Both the position numbers and the translations under genes were made by a program. A stretch of 64,000 nucleotides of DNA, from NCBI GenBank assembly GCA_963797555.1, contig CAWCPV010000017.1, positions 85,161 to 149,160 on the forward strand, read 5' to 3'. Positions 21,281 to 37,650 of the stretch are shown in pieces; the first letter of the stretch is position 1; each line of letters begins with the position of its first letter. The notes under the pieces are model-generated. The model did not search any database and was not told where the DNA came from. It saw only the letters and a program-made list of their open reading frames with translations. The DNA is from an uncultured Gammaproteobacteria bacterium (GTDB taxonomy: Bacteria > Pseudomonadota > Gammaproteobacteria > CAWCPV01).

Positions 21281-22033
21281 ATGGTGAGTCGCCGAGGGGT
21301 GGTGTGCGGATTCCTACTGGGGGCGTGCTTGAGTTGGTCGCCGTCGCAGGGGGCGGCTGTAAGGGCTCACCCGGAGTCACCGGGCGCTTCGAAGGGGGGT
21401 AGTCCGGGCGCCGATGTCCCGATGTTTCTGGTGGCGCGCCGCAGCATGGGTGACCCACGCTTCGCTCAGACCGTGCTGCTCCTCGTAAAGCACGGCATCG
21501 AAGGGACTCTCGGGCTGGTGATCAACCGCCCCACCCAATTGCTGCTTTCTCAGGTCGCTCCTGACCTCAAGGGAGTGGGCGGGACCAAGCATGTCGTCTT
21601 TCTGGGCGGACCGGTCAACCCCGAGGTCATCCTGTACTTGGTTCGCAGTCGGAGCGCACCGGAGGACGGGGAGAAGGTCTTGGACGACGTGTATTTCGGC
21701 GTGACCCGGGAGCCGTTGGAAGGACTGCTCAGTGGCGGTACGCCCGCGAGCGCGCTGCGTGTGTACGCCGGTTACGCCGGGTGGGGCCCCGGACAGCTGG
21801 AGGCGGAGATGGCCCGCGGCGACTGGCTGCTGGTTCCGGCAGACGCCAGCAGAGTCTTCGCCAAGGACCCCGACCACCTCTGGCGGGATCTCATCGAGGA
21901 ACGAGAGCCCGCGGGGAACCTCGTACACAACGACCCCGACCGGCCGCTGGCGATTCCAGTAGGCGGCGCCGACCCGAGAGCCCGACTGGTGACGACGGCG
22001 CGTCCATGGACTCGAAATATTTGGAATAGCTAA
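21281..22033 (+). CDS. YqgE/AlgH-family protein with N-terminal signal-like extension
   Basis: DPRFAQTVLLL, GTLGLVINRP, FLGGPV and GYAGWGPGQLEAEMARGDW. Confidence 0.85.
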   Translation: MVSRRGVVCGFLLGACLSWSPSQGAAVRAHPESPGASKGGSPGADVPMFLVARRSMGDPRFAQTVLLLVKHGIEGTLGLVINRPTQLLLSQVAPDLKGVGGTKHVVFLGGPVNPEVILYLVRSRSAPEDGEKVLDDVYFGVTREPLEGLLSGGTPASALRVYAGYAGWGPGQLEAEMARGDWLLVPADASRVFAKDPDHLWRDLIEEREPAGNLVHNDPDRPLAIPVGGADPRARLVTTARPWTRNIWNS

Positions 22034-22074
22034 ATCGACTACCGGCCTCATTTTCCGAGGGCCGGAGTCGAGCA

Positions 22075-22395
22075 ATGTTTTCTTCCGTCACGGAAACGAT
22101 GCCTTCGAGTTAGCGGCGCGCTTGAAACAAGACCCGTCCGCGCGGTGCGGGTGGTCGACGTACGCCAGCCGAGGGAACACATGGCTGGCGCCATTCCCGG
22201 TGCCCAGTTGAATGCCGGGCGACGGTGCCGATACACATGCCAGGCACCGAGCGTCACAGGCCGGTAGTGTTCGTGTGCCGCAGCGGGGCACGTTCCGCCC
22301 GGGCTTGTGCCTTCCCGGGATCCAGTGGCTACGAGAATGTCTGCAATCTGCGTGGCGGCGTGATCGCCTAAGCACAGTCGGGATTGACGCTTTTC
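22075..22395 (+). pseudogene. Degraded rhodanese-domain (sulfurtransferase) gene
   Basis: Not in the ORF track. Manual reading across frameshifts gives VVDVRQPREHMAGAIPGA...PVVFVCRSGARSARAC...GYENVCNLRGGVIA, with TAA (22369-22371) at the usual Trp position. Confidence 0.75.
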
Positions 22396-22668
22396 CTTTC
22401 CAGCGCCGCAGAGCCTGGTGCCGAGTGATCTCATGCAGGGGGCGTTCCGCCGGGCCTCTGGGCGCAGTCGACCCTACCGGACAAGAGCCGCGTATCGGGG
22501 CGCCCGCCGTGACACCTCGGACATTTGCCGGGCTTGACCCCCGATCGGAGCGGCGCTTAGTCTACATCCGATCTTTGGGCGTGCCCCAAGGGCCAGGAAG
22601 GTAGGGCTGTCCTTCTTCCCGTGGCTCCACGCGACGCGCACTGGCCGGCGGGGGCATCGAGGGAGCCT

Positions 22669-25600
22669 ATGAAGCAGCCGCTGCCGGCAGGTGCGGTGCG
22701 GAAACGGGTGCTTACCCTGGGCGCGGGCGCGTTTCGCATCCGCTTTCGCCTCCTCATCCTGCTGACCTGGATCATTCCGCCCGTCTTTGGGCTGTCCTTT
22801 CTGTTGTTCATCGGTATGTTCACTCCGCGCGAGATGCTGGTCATCGTGACCAGGCCCATCGAGCCGCTCTACTGCCTCGGCAGCCTCGCTGCCGCGATCT
22901 GGTACTTGACGCGGTTCGTGCGCCCGGTTTCGGACCTGCTGGAGGGGCGGGGCGGGGCCGTCGCGGCCGCTGCGGAGGATAGGCTCCGACGGTTCCCACT
23001 GCACTTTTGGGCGGTCTTTCTCGGCTACCTCGCGTTGGCCCCAAGCAGCGTCATCCTGAGTGCCCGGATTTACGTCGATTTTGCGCCTCGGCCGGTGGAC
23101 TGGTTCCGCATCCATCTGGTGGCGCTGATCGTCTCCATCATCGTCGGCCTGCCCATATTCTTCCGTATCCTCGATCTGTTCGGGCGGGCTGCGGGAGCGC
23201 TGGATCTCCGCCGTGCGCACGTAACCATCAAGCTGAAAGTGTTTCTGATCGGGGCTCTGACGCCCCTGCTCATCGGTACGATTCTCGTCCAGTATTACTG
23301 GACGCGCACCGGGTTCTTCACGAGCGAAACCTTCCTCATCTGGGTGATGCTAGAGGTGCTGGCCATCGGCGGCAGCCTGATCTTCGTACAAAGCTTCGGA
23401 CAATCGCTGCGTCCGCTGCAAGGCGTCATCCGCGCACGCCGGGCGGGCGAGCAGGAGTTCTCCGGCCTGGTCCCGCAATCGACCGATGAGCTCGGTGTGC
23501 TGGCCGGCGATCTCCGGGATTTGCTGAGTGACCTGCGCTTACATACCGAGCTGCTGGGTGCCCGCAATCGCGTCCTGCGTAGCACAGGAGTGCTGTCGAG
23601 CCTGAGGGATGCGTTATCGACGATGTTGGACGCGTGCAAGACCGAGTTGGGTGGCGATATCTGCCTGCTGTCGCGCTACGACGAGAGCAGTGGTGACCTG
23701 TTGGCGGTGGCTTATACCGGCGTGGATTATCGCCACGAGGGGCACTTCCGGCTGCAGCGCCACGAGCCATCTTTGGCCTGGACCGCCCTGGACACGGGGA
23801 GCGTGGCTACGGTCTCGGAGACTCGGGGGGAGAAGTGCTTCCACCCAACTCTGATCGAGCGCTTCGCACCCCACTCGGCCATCGCGGCGCCATTGCGGGC
23901 CGAGGGTCGGGACATCGGTGTCCTGATGTCGCTCAGCCGCGATGGCGATCGGGACTATACGCCGCAAGACAAGAAGATGATGGAAGTGTTGGCCAACGAG
24001 GCAGCGCTCGCCATCCACACCCAGTTGCTGCATGCTCGGCGGCGCGCGGCCGAAGAACGGCTGCGCCAGGTCAACGAGCTGGCCCAGGTCAGCCTCGCGT
24101 GCATCGGCGACGGCGTCCTCATCACCAACGTCTCCGGGCGCATCGTGTTTCTCAACGCGGTGGCTTCCCAGCTCACCGGCTGGTCCCTCGGAGAGGCGCG
24201 GGGACGTCCCCTGTCGGACATCCTGGTGCTCACCGACGGATTCACGGGGGAGCGGCCAGCGGATCCCGTTCAGGGGTGCATGGGGCAACGCTCCACCTTT
24301 CGTCTCGCGGGCGATATTCGGCTCCTCCACCGGTCTCGCGAAGAGCAAACCAACGTGGAAGTGACAGCCTCGGCTATCCGTCACCGCAAGCGTGGCGTGG
24401 TGGGCGCCGTGCTGGTTCTCCACGACGTGAGCGAGCTGCGCAAGCTGGCGCGGCGCTTGTCCCACCAGGCCAGCCACGATGCCCTCACGGGACTCATCAA
24501 CCGGCGAGAGTTCGAGGCGCGCCTGCAGCGGGCGATCGACGGTGCCCGTGAGGAAGGGCGCTGCCACGTTCTGTTCTATCTGGACCTGGACCAGTTCAAG
24601 GTCGTCAACGATACGTGCGGACACATCGCGGGCGACGAGCTGCTCAAGCAGCTCGCAGCCAACCTGGAGGGCAAGCTGCGCACCACCGACACGTTGGGGC
24701 GGCTGGGCGGGGACGAATTCGGCGTGCTGCTCGAGGATTGTCCCCTGCAGAAGGCCCAAGCCATCACCGAGAAGGTCAAGGAAGCCGTGAGCGCCTTCCG
24801 ATTCGCCTGGGAAGACAAGGTCTTCAACGTCGGCGTGAGCATGGGTGTGGTCCCCATCGACGCTGCGAGCGGACGGCTCAGCGACGTGCTCGGTGCGGCC
24901 GATTCCGCATGCTACCTGGCGAAAGAGGAGGGGCGGAACCGCGTGCACGTTTACCGGCCTGACGACGCAGCGGCGGCTGCGCGTCACGGGGAGATGCAGT
25001 GGGTGCACCGTCTTCGGCGGGCGCTGGAGGAGGAGCGCTTTCAGCTCTACTTTCAACCCATCGTGCCTCCGCGCGGATCCCAGGCCAGCGCCGGCGCCTT
25101 CGGCGAAGTGCTCCTGCGCATGGTGGGCGAAACTCAGGAGACCGTTCTGCCTGGGGCGTTTCTGCCTGCTGCCGAACGCTATCACCTGATGCCGTCCATC
25201 GACCGATGGGTGGTGCACCGAGTCTTGGTGATCCTCGCTGGACTTGCCCGGAGTGGCCGGACCGCGCCCATCCTGACCGTGAACCTGTCCGGTCAGTCCC
25301 TGTCCGACGACGCCTTCCTGGAGTTCGTCGAGACGGAGCTCGTCCGCACCGCGGTGTCCCCGCGAACGCTATGCTTCGAGATTACCGAGACCGCTGCCAT
25401 CGCCAACATGGTGCGGGCGCACCGCTTCATCGAAGCGGTGCGCCAGTGCGGGTGCCGCATCGCCTTGGATGATTTCGGCACTGGCCTCAGCTCCTTCGCT
25501 TACCTGAGAAGCCTGCCCGTGGATTTCCTCAAGATCGACGGCAGTTTCGTGCGCGACATGGTCGAACGTCCCATGGACATGGCTATCGTCGAGAGCGTGC

Positions 25601-25812
25601 AGCAGATCGCGCGGGTCATGGGGGTGCGCACCATCGCGGAGTGGGTCGAGACGACAGCCACGCTCGATGCGCTGGCGGCGATCGGGGTGGACTACGTGCA
25701 AGGCTATGCTGTCGGCGAACCCGTCCCCATGGCCCCATTCCTTGGAGGCGAGGCAGTCCAGGCGCAGCCGGGACAAGCAGGCGGCGCTTCTCTGGGCATC
25801 GGTGGCGGCTGA
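22669..25812 (+). CDS. Membrane GAF-PAS-GGDEF-EAL diguanylate cyclase/phosphodiesterase
   Basis: Several N-terminal TM helices, HAMP-like DELGVLA, GAF, PAS, HDALTGLINRREF, RLGGDEF, EVLLRM and DDFGTG. Confidence 0.93.
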   Translation: MKQPLPAGAVRKRVLTLGAGAFRIRFRLLILLTWIIPPVFGLSFLLFIGMFTPREMLVIVTRPIEPLYCLGSLAAAIWYLTRFVRPVSDLLEGRGGAVAAAAEDRLRRFPLHFWAVFLGYLALAPSSVILSARIYVDFAPRPVDWFRIHLVALIVSIIVGLPIFFRILDLFGRAAGALDLRRAHVTIKLKVFLIGALTPLLIGTILVQYYWTRTGFFTSETFLIWVMLEVLAIGGSLIFVQSFGQSLRPLQGVIRARRAGEQEFSGLVPQSTDELGVLAGDLRDLLSDLRLHTELLGARNRVLRSTGVLSSLRDALSTMLDACKTELGGDICLLSRYDESSGDLLAVAYTGVDYRHEGHFRLQRHEPSLAWTALDTGSVATVSETRGEKCFHPTLIERFAPHSAIAAPLRAEGRDIGVLMSLSRDGDRDYTPQDKKMMEVLANEAALAIHTQLLHARRRAAEERLRQVNELAQVSLACIGDGVLITNVSGRIVFLNAVASQLTGWSLGEARGRPLSDILVLTDGFTGERPADPVQGCMGQRSTFRLAGDIRLLHRSREEQTNVEVTASAIRHRKRGVVGAVLVLHDVSELRKLARRLSHQASHDALTGLINRREFEARLQRAIDGAREEGRCHVLFYLDLDQFKVVNDTCGHIAGDELLKQLAANLEGKLRTTDTLGRLGGDEFGVLLEDCPLQKAQAITEKVKEAVSAFRFAWEDKVFNVGVSMGVVPIDAASGRLSDVLGAADSACYLAKEEGRNRVHVYRPDDAAAAARHGEMQWVHRLRRALEEERFQLYFQPIVPPRGSQASAGAFGEVLLRMVGETQETVLPGAFLPAAERYHLMPSIDRWVVHRVLVILAGLARSGRTAPILTVNLSGQSLSDDAFLEFVETELVRTAVSPRTLCFEITETAAIANMVRAHRFIEAVRQCGCRIALDDFGTGLSSFAYLRSLPVDFLKIDGSFVRDMVERPMDMAIVESVQQIARVMGVRTIAEWVETTATLDALAAIGVDYVQGYAVGEPVPMAPFLGGEAVQAQPGQAGGASLGIGGG

Positions 25813-25859
25813 TGCAGCGCGGCGTCTGAGCGAGAGGGGCCTGCGGTCTCACAACTTTT

Positions 25860-26035
25860 TGTGCGCGGCGAGGTCGGCGCGCGGGTCGGCTGCCCACGCC
25901 TCAGGATCTCGACCACGATCATGGCCGTGCCACAGTGCGGGCAGACGAAGAGCGGTGGGATGAAACCGGCCGGCGTCTCAGCGGCCACGGCTGCCTTCGC
26001 CTCGGGGCTGACCTGCAGCAACTCGCGCACCCATC
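25860..26035 (-). pseudogene. C-terminal fragment of an IS91-like transposase
   Basis: RELLQV...FVCPHCGTAMIVVEILRRGQPTRAP resembles the CPxCG/RAPP tail of IS91-family transposases. Confidence 0.55.
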
Positions 26036-26508
26036 CCACCCGTGGTCGATGGGAGGCATTCCATCAGCTTCCTGTCAGTGCGTACAACCTGCAGGACTAC
26101 CGGACGAAACCGGACGAAGGATAACGATTAGGGGCCTCAGCCAGCCTCATCCCCTCCGAAATAGTGCAGCCACCCCGGAAACAGGGCGAACGAAAACGGG
26201 AAAATTACCTATTGCTATCCCGCGCCGAGCATAGTATTAGGAGGCTTAAGTACTGTTAAGTGTCTGTTTGTGAGGGGTGGCGCGTCGGCTGCCGGTCCCT
26301 TGGATGTTCAACGCGATGCAACGTCCCCCTTGAACACGCGGGTGCTCTTCCCGCAGCCGTGTGCAGATTCGAGAATGGCTGACTCAAGGGTCGGTGTGCT
26401 TGTCTCCCGCGAAGTGTGCGAAATGATAAAGGTGCATACGGCCGGACGGCCGGGCCCTGCGTTTGGCCCGAGGCAAGCGGCCCACATGGATTGGGGTGGG
26501 AAGCGGTC

Positions 26509-27660
26509 ATGGCAAACGAGTTCGTGTCTACGATCCTGATCGTCGACGACGCGCCTGAAAATCTCGCAGTGCTCAGCGGCATCCTGCAGCCCGCGTACCG
26601 GGTGCGAGCCGCCACATCGGGCGAGAAAGCCTTGCGCGTCGCCGCCAGCGAGCCGCAGCCGGACCTCATCCTGTTGGACGTCATGATGCCGGGCATGGAC
26701 GGCTATGCCGTCATGCAACACCTGCGCGAGGAACCCGCCACCCGGGACACCCCGGTGATTTTCGTCACCGCCCGGGATGCCATGCAACACGAGGAACGCG
26801 GTTTCAGCCTGGGTGCCGTGGATTACATCACCAAGCCCATCAAGCCGGCCATCGTCCTGGCGCGCGTGCGTGCCCAACTGGAGCTGAAGCAGGCGCGCGA
26901 CCGGCTCAAGGACCAGAATGCTTACCTGGAGGCCGAGGTGAGCCGGCGCATGGGCGAAATCGAGCTCATCCAGGAGGTGAGCATCCATGCTCTGGCTCGC
27001 CTGGCGGAGACGCGCGACCCGGAAACCGGCAACCACCTCCGCCGCACCCAGGCATACGTCGGGGCACTGGCCAGGCAGCTCAAGTCCAATCCCCGCTTTT
27101 CGGACTTTCTCACCGACAGCACCGTCGATCTGCTGGCCAGGTCCGCGATCCTGCATGACATCGGCAAGGTGGGCATCCCCGATCACATCCTGCTCAAGAC
27201 CGGTAAGCTCACCCCCGAAGAATGGGTGATCATGAAGACCCATGCGCCGATGGGCAGCGAAGCCATCGAACAGGCCGAGCAGGATGCCGAGAAACCGGTC
27301 GCGGTCGAATTCCTGCTCCTGGCCAAGCAGATTGCCCACTGGCACCACGAGCGCTGGGACGGCAGCGGCTATCCGGACGGGTTGGCGGGCAACGCCATTC
27401 CGATCGGCGCGCGCCTGATGGCGCTGGCGGACGTGTTCGATGCCCTGGTCTCGCCGCGGGTCTACAAGGCTCCCATTCCCTTCGAGCAGGCGCGGGACAT
27501 CATCGCCGGCGAGCGGGGCCGGCATTTCGATCCGGACGTGGTAAATGCGTTCCTGGCGATCTTTGAGGAGTTCGTGGGCATCGCCACGCGCTATCGCGAC
27601 GCCGGGGCCGCCGGAGCGAACGGCGAATCCGGGCGCCCGGGCGGGGGCCCGGCCGCGTGA
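26509..27660 (+). CDS. REC-HD-GYP response regulator (RpfG-like c-di-GMP phosphodiesterase)
   Basis: ILIVDD, DLILLDVMMP, HDIGKVGIPD and HHERWDGSGYPDGL. Confidence 0.94.
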   Translation: MANEFVSTILIVDDAPENLAVLSGILQPAYRVRAATSGEKALRVAASEPQPDLILLDVMMPGMDGYAVMQHLREEPATRDTPVIFVTARDAMQHEERGFSLGAVDYITKPIKPAIVLARVRAQLELKQARDRLKDQNAYLEAEVSRRMGEIELIQEVSIHALARLAETRDPETGNHLRRTQAYVGALARQLKSNPRFSDFLTDSTVDLLARSAILHDIGKVGIPDHILLKTGKLTPEEWVIMKTHAPMGSEAIEQAEQDAEKPVAVEFLLLAKQIAHWHHERWDGSGYPDGLAGNAIPIGARLMALADVFDALVSPRVYKAPIPFEQARDIIAGERGRHFDPDVVNAFLAIFEEFVGIATRYRDAGAAGANGESGRPGGGPAA

Positions 27661-27732
27661 TCTCCCCATCCTGTCCGCGTGAGAATTCCGGGCCTGAAGC
27701 GGTTCGCTCGTCGATCCGGGTGCGGGCCTGTC

Positions 27733-33742
<6,010 letters not shown>

Positions 33743-34060
33743 CCTTCGTGGTCTGGAACGACAACCTGATGGCGACATCGACTGAATCGCCGGGTGCTCC
33801 GGCGATTCGCCGCCGAAGGCGTCGGGGGAGTGAACCATCCCGCATGCCCAGCGCCGTGTCAGGAGCGCCCTGAGTATCCGCCACGGTCCGGGACCGCGCG
33901 GCAGGCCCAAGGATCCGAGAGGACTTCGAACGTGGTCGACCTCATGCAGTGGCGCAGGAGCCGAGATCGGCCCTGACCCGGTAGGGTAAACTCCCCACCC
34001 CACACATGGGCGCAGCCGCGGCCCCACGGGGAGCACGTCATGCCATAGGAGCCGCTCATC

Positions 34061-34453
34061 CTAGCGCCATGAGCGCTTCTGACGCTTCGAGTGGCGCTCG
34101 ATGAACTCCGGGGCGAACGCCTCCACCGTGGGCATGCGGGCAGCCTTGGCCTGGCTCGCCTCCTCCTTGGCCTTCTGGGCAGCCTCGCGTGCCTCAGCGG
34201 CCGGGTCGATGCCGTCGTCCAGCTTGCTCCTGGCGGTGGCTGCTTCTGCACGGGCTTCGGCCAATCCCACCCCAGGGTAGGCGCCCAGGCGCAGGGACGC
34301 TGGTCTTGCCATCCTTGCCGAAGCGAAAGCACCATACCTTCGTGTCCCGGTGCACGCGCAGGTACAGATCGCGGGTATCATCGTCCTTGATGTCTTGGGC
34401 TGGGGACCCTTGGCTGGGTTGTACCGATGGTTTTCGAGGATCGGGTGAGCCAA
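34061..34453 (-). pseudogene. N-terminal arm-binding fragment of a tyrosine integrase
   Basis: LRLGAYPGVGLAEAR...GIDP motif; LYLRV...WCFRF lies in another frame; no catalytic domain. Confidence 0.75.
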
Positions 34454-34725
34454 GCTGAAACGCGTGGAAACGCTATGGACGCTGACGCGACACCCGACAG
34501 GCTGCTGGTCTCGGTGACCCCGTTGCGAACCCTTCAGGGCCCGAGCGCGACTCCCCGTCGCTCAAGCCGCACCCGCCTGCGCATGCACCCCATCCCCCAG
34601 GCACATGGGCCGCTCCTGCGCCGCCTTCTCGGCCCCTGGGGGCCGCGGGGCTAGGATGAGACCCCCAGAGAGGTCCACGAGAACGTCCGGCGCCTGCCGC
34701 ACAAGGCAGTAACCCCGCGTACTGG

Positions 34726-36969
34726 GTGACCAGACTCTTCTGGGTTGCCATCATCGCCATTGCAGCACTCACCGTCGCGAGCCATGCGGTGATCCAGCCG
34801 GCGCTCGAGGATCAAAAAGGCTATGGGCGCCTTATCGACTTGGCGGGAAGGCAACGGATGTTGAGCCAGCAGCTCAGCAAGGCGGCCCTGGCCATGCAGC
34901 TCGCGCCGCGCGACGGTGAGCTTCACGTTTGGGCGAAGGAGCTGAAAACCGCTCTCGATGAGTGGAGCGAGACGCACCGAGGGCTGCAGCAGGGCGACCC
35001 CGGCCTCGTGCTCCCCGCAGGGACGGTGCCGCGCACCGTGCAGCGGTTTCCGGAGCTGGAGCCGCATTTCCAGGCGATGCAGAGCGCTGCCCGTGATCTG
35101 ATCAGCGCTGCCGAGGAAGCGGCCGGCTCGGCCGTGGACCAGCGGCGTATCCAAAGGGCGGTGAGCCGGATCCTGGACCATGAGGGACCTTACCTTGGCC
35201 GGATGAACGACATCGTTTCCCTGTACCGGGTCGAGGCCAAGGCCCAGGTCCTGCGCATCCAACGTACCGAGCTGGTGCTCGTCGGGTCCATACTGGTGCT
35301 GCTGGTGCTGACCGGCCTCTTCGTACTCCGCCCGGCCGCCCGCACCATGCGCCGACAGGTCGGGCAGCTCATGGAAAGCGAAGAGAGGTTCCGTGTCATG
35401 GCCGACACGGCTCCGGTCCTCATCTGGATGTCCGGACCGGACAAGGCTTGCACGTACTTCAACAGGGGCTGGCTGGACTTCACCGGCCGCACCCTCGAGC
35501 AGGAGGTGGGGTACGGCTGGGCGCAAGGTGTCCACTCCGAGGACCTGGACCGTTGCATCAAGACCTATGAGCAGGCATTCGAAGCCCGCCTTCCGTTCCG
35601 CATGGAATACCGTCTCGCACGCCACGACGGTGAGCACCGCTGGGTGCTCGACACGGGCGCGCCGCGCAGCGACTTGGACGGGACCTTCGCGGGGTACATC
35701 GGGTCGTGCATCGACATCACCGAGCGAAAACGGGCAGAGTACGCGCTGCAGCAGGCTCGCGACGCGCTGGAAGAACGGGTCGCGGAGCGGACTGCAAACC
35801 TGGTGCAGGCCAATGCGCAGTTGCAGGGCGAGATTGCCGAGCGCCGGCGGGTTCAGCACGAGCTGGTCAGGCAGCAGGAGACCTTGCGGGCCATTCTGGA
35901 CAATGCACCCATCGGCATCTGGATGGTTGCAGCGAAGGGTCGGCTGCGCTTCTTCAACGACACCTTCCGGGAGTGGTTCGAGGTGCCTGGCCCATCGGAC
36001 CCGGAGGGGACGGACTACGCTGCTCTGTTCGATGCAGCCACCACCGCCCGCTGGTGCGCCGCGGACGCCCGGTGCTTGAAGGGCGAGAGCCCTGGCCAGG
36101 GTCGCGAACGGGTGCGATTTGCCGACGGGGAATGGCACGATCTGGAGGTCATCCGCGCCCCGCTCGCGGAGACCGAGGGTGACCTCCCGGGCTTGGTGTG
36201 TCTGGCGGTGGACCTCACCGAGCGGGAGAGCGCAGAGCGGGCAGCCAAAGAGCATCAAGCAGCCCTGGCCCATGTGTCGCGGCTGAGCACGATGGGCGAG
36301 ATGGCCAGCAGTATCGCCCACGAGCTCAATCAGCCCCTGGCTGCGATTTGCAACTATGCCCGCGGGTGCGTACGGCGCCTGGAAGCAGGCTCGGGGGCAT
36401 CGGAGGAGGTTCTGGACGCGATGCGGCGCGTGGCCGTCCAGGCGGAGCGAGCGGGAGAGATCATACGACGGATCCGCAACTTTCTGCGCAAGGAGCCTCC
36501 GCGTCGGGTTGCGGTCGATGTGAACCACTTGGTTCGGGAGGTAGCCGACCTGATTGCGCCGGCGGTGCGACAACACGGGGTGCTCTTGCGTCTCGACCTG
36601 GCGCAGGAGACACCGCGCGTGCTGGCCGACCCCATCCAACTGGAGCAGGTGGTGCTGAATCTGGCGCACAATGCCATCGAGGCGATGCTGGATGACCGTC
36701 GTGAGCTGACCATCGAAACCCGGGCCAACGGGGACGCCGTAGAAGTGGCGGTCCGGGACACCGGACACGGACTCGAACCGGACGCCTTGGGGCGGGTCTT
36801 CGACCCGTTCTATAGCACCAAGCCAGGCGGCATGGGGATGGGCCTGTCCATTAGCCGCTCCATCGTCGAAGCTCAGGATGGGCGCCTGTGGGCCGACGCC
36901 GATCCCTCGGGGGGCATGATATTCCGCCTCCGTCTGCCCACGCCGGACTGGCCTTCCGCAAGACGCTGA
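34726..36969 (+). CDS. Sensor histidine kinase: NarX/PilJ-type periplasmic domain, two PAS domains, FixL/TtrS-like kinase core
   Basis: IDLAGRQRMLSQ P-box-like motif; RLSTMGEMASSIAHELNQPL, FYSTKPGGMGMGLSI. Confidence 0.88.
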   Translation: MTRLFWVAIIAIAALTVASHAVIQPALEDQKGYGRLIDLAGRQRMLSQQLSKAALAMQLAPRDGELHVWAKELKTALDEWSETHRGLQQGDPGLVLPAGTVPRTVQRFPELEPHFQAMQSAARDLISAAEEAAGSAVDQRRIQRAVSRILDHEGPYLGRMNDIVSLYRVEAKAQVLRIQRTELVLVGSILVLLVLTGLFVLRPAARTMRRQVGQLMESEERFRVMADTAPVLIWMSGPDKACTYFNRGWLDFTGRTLEQEVGYGWAQGVHSEDLDRCIKTYEQAFEARLPFRMEYRLARHDGEHRWVLDTGAPRSDLDGTFAGYIGSCIDITERKRAEYALQQARDALEERVAERTANLVQANAQLQGEIAERRRVQHELVRQQETLRAILDNAPIGIWMVAAKGRLRFFNDTFREWFEVPGPSDPEGTDYAALFDAATTARWCAADARCLKGESPGQGRERVRFADGEWHDLEVIRAPLAETEGDLPGLVCLAVDLTERESAERAAKEHQAALAHVSRLSTMGEMASSIAHELNQPLAAICNYARGCVRRLEAGSGASEEVLDAMRRVAVQAERAGEIIRRIRNFLRKEPPRRVAVDVNHLVREVADLIAPAVRQHGVLLRLDLAQETPRVLADPIQLEQVVLNLAHNAIEAMLDDRRELTIETRANGDAVEVAVRDTGHGLEPDALGRVFDPFYSTKPGGMGMGLSISRSIVEAQDGRLWADADPSGGMIFRLRLPTPDWPSARR

Positions 36970-37417
36970 CGGGCGACCGACCTCGCCCGAGGCAGCGGCA
37001 GGGGCGCGGTGGGGCGGCGCAGTCATTCGTGCCGGGTCCAACGACGCCCGCTGCGGGAAGCGGCAGCCGCAGAAGAATGGCTCGCTGCGGTCCTTGCGCC
37101 GCCGATCCGCGGGAAAACCCTGAGACATATACGGGGAGGTCCCAATACCGCGTTCGGCCCAGGTCGCGCAAACTGGTTTTGCGGGTTGGCTGTGCTCTCA
37201 GGGATGGCGGGCAAACCAGCTCGCAGGGTTGGCCTCGGCCGGGACACCCCGGCTGAAGGAACGGCGGCCCCCGGGGCTCGATGCGCCGCGCCTTGCCGTC
37301 TCAGTGCAGTAGCATGGGGACCCGGGGCAGACGACGTTCCGCCGGTTGTTCTGACCGTTGCGCCCGCCCGTTAAGGGAGCGTCAACAGCCCTCCCTTTCC
37401 GTGTTCGCGCCAACTTT

Positions 37418-37458
37418 ACCCCCCGCCCCGGCCTCCGGCGGAGGCGGGGGTTCTTTTT
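37418..37458 (+). terminator. Intrinsic terminator-like hairpin
   Basis: cccccgcc / ggcggggg stem followed by ttcttttt, between convergent genes. Confidence 0.55.
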
Positions 37459-37650
37459 GTCCGCGCCCCCCTTTGATCGTCCCTCTAACGAGAGGGCAGC
37501 AGCGGCGACAACGCCCGGCGGAGGTCACAGCGGGTCAAGACGCGAATGCGGCGGCGCAGGGCACGCGGCGGCGAGTCCTGCCAGCACACCTGAAGGGGGC
37601 CGATGACCTGTTCAGCGCCCAACGGCGTGCCTAGGCGAGCCAGCATCCAC

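Noticed and set aside
33743-34060. Small ORF ending NVVDLMQWRRSR
   Set aside because: No credible start or family; at best a fragment.
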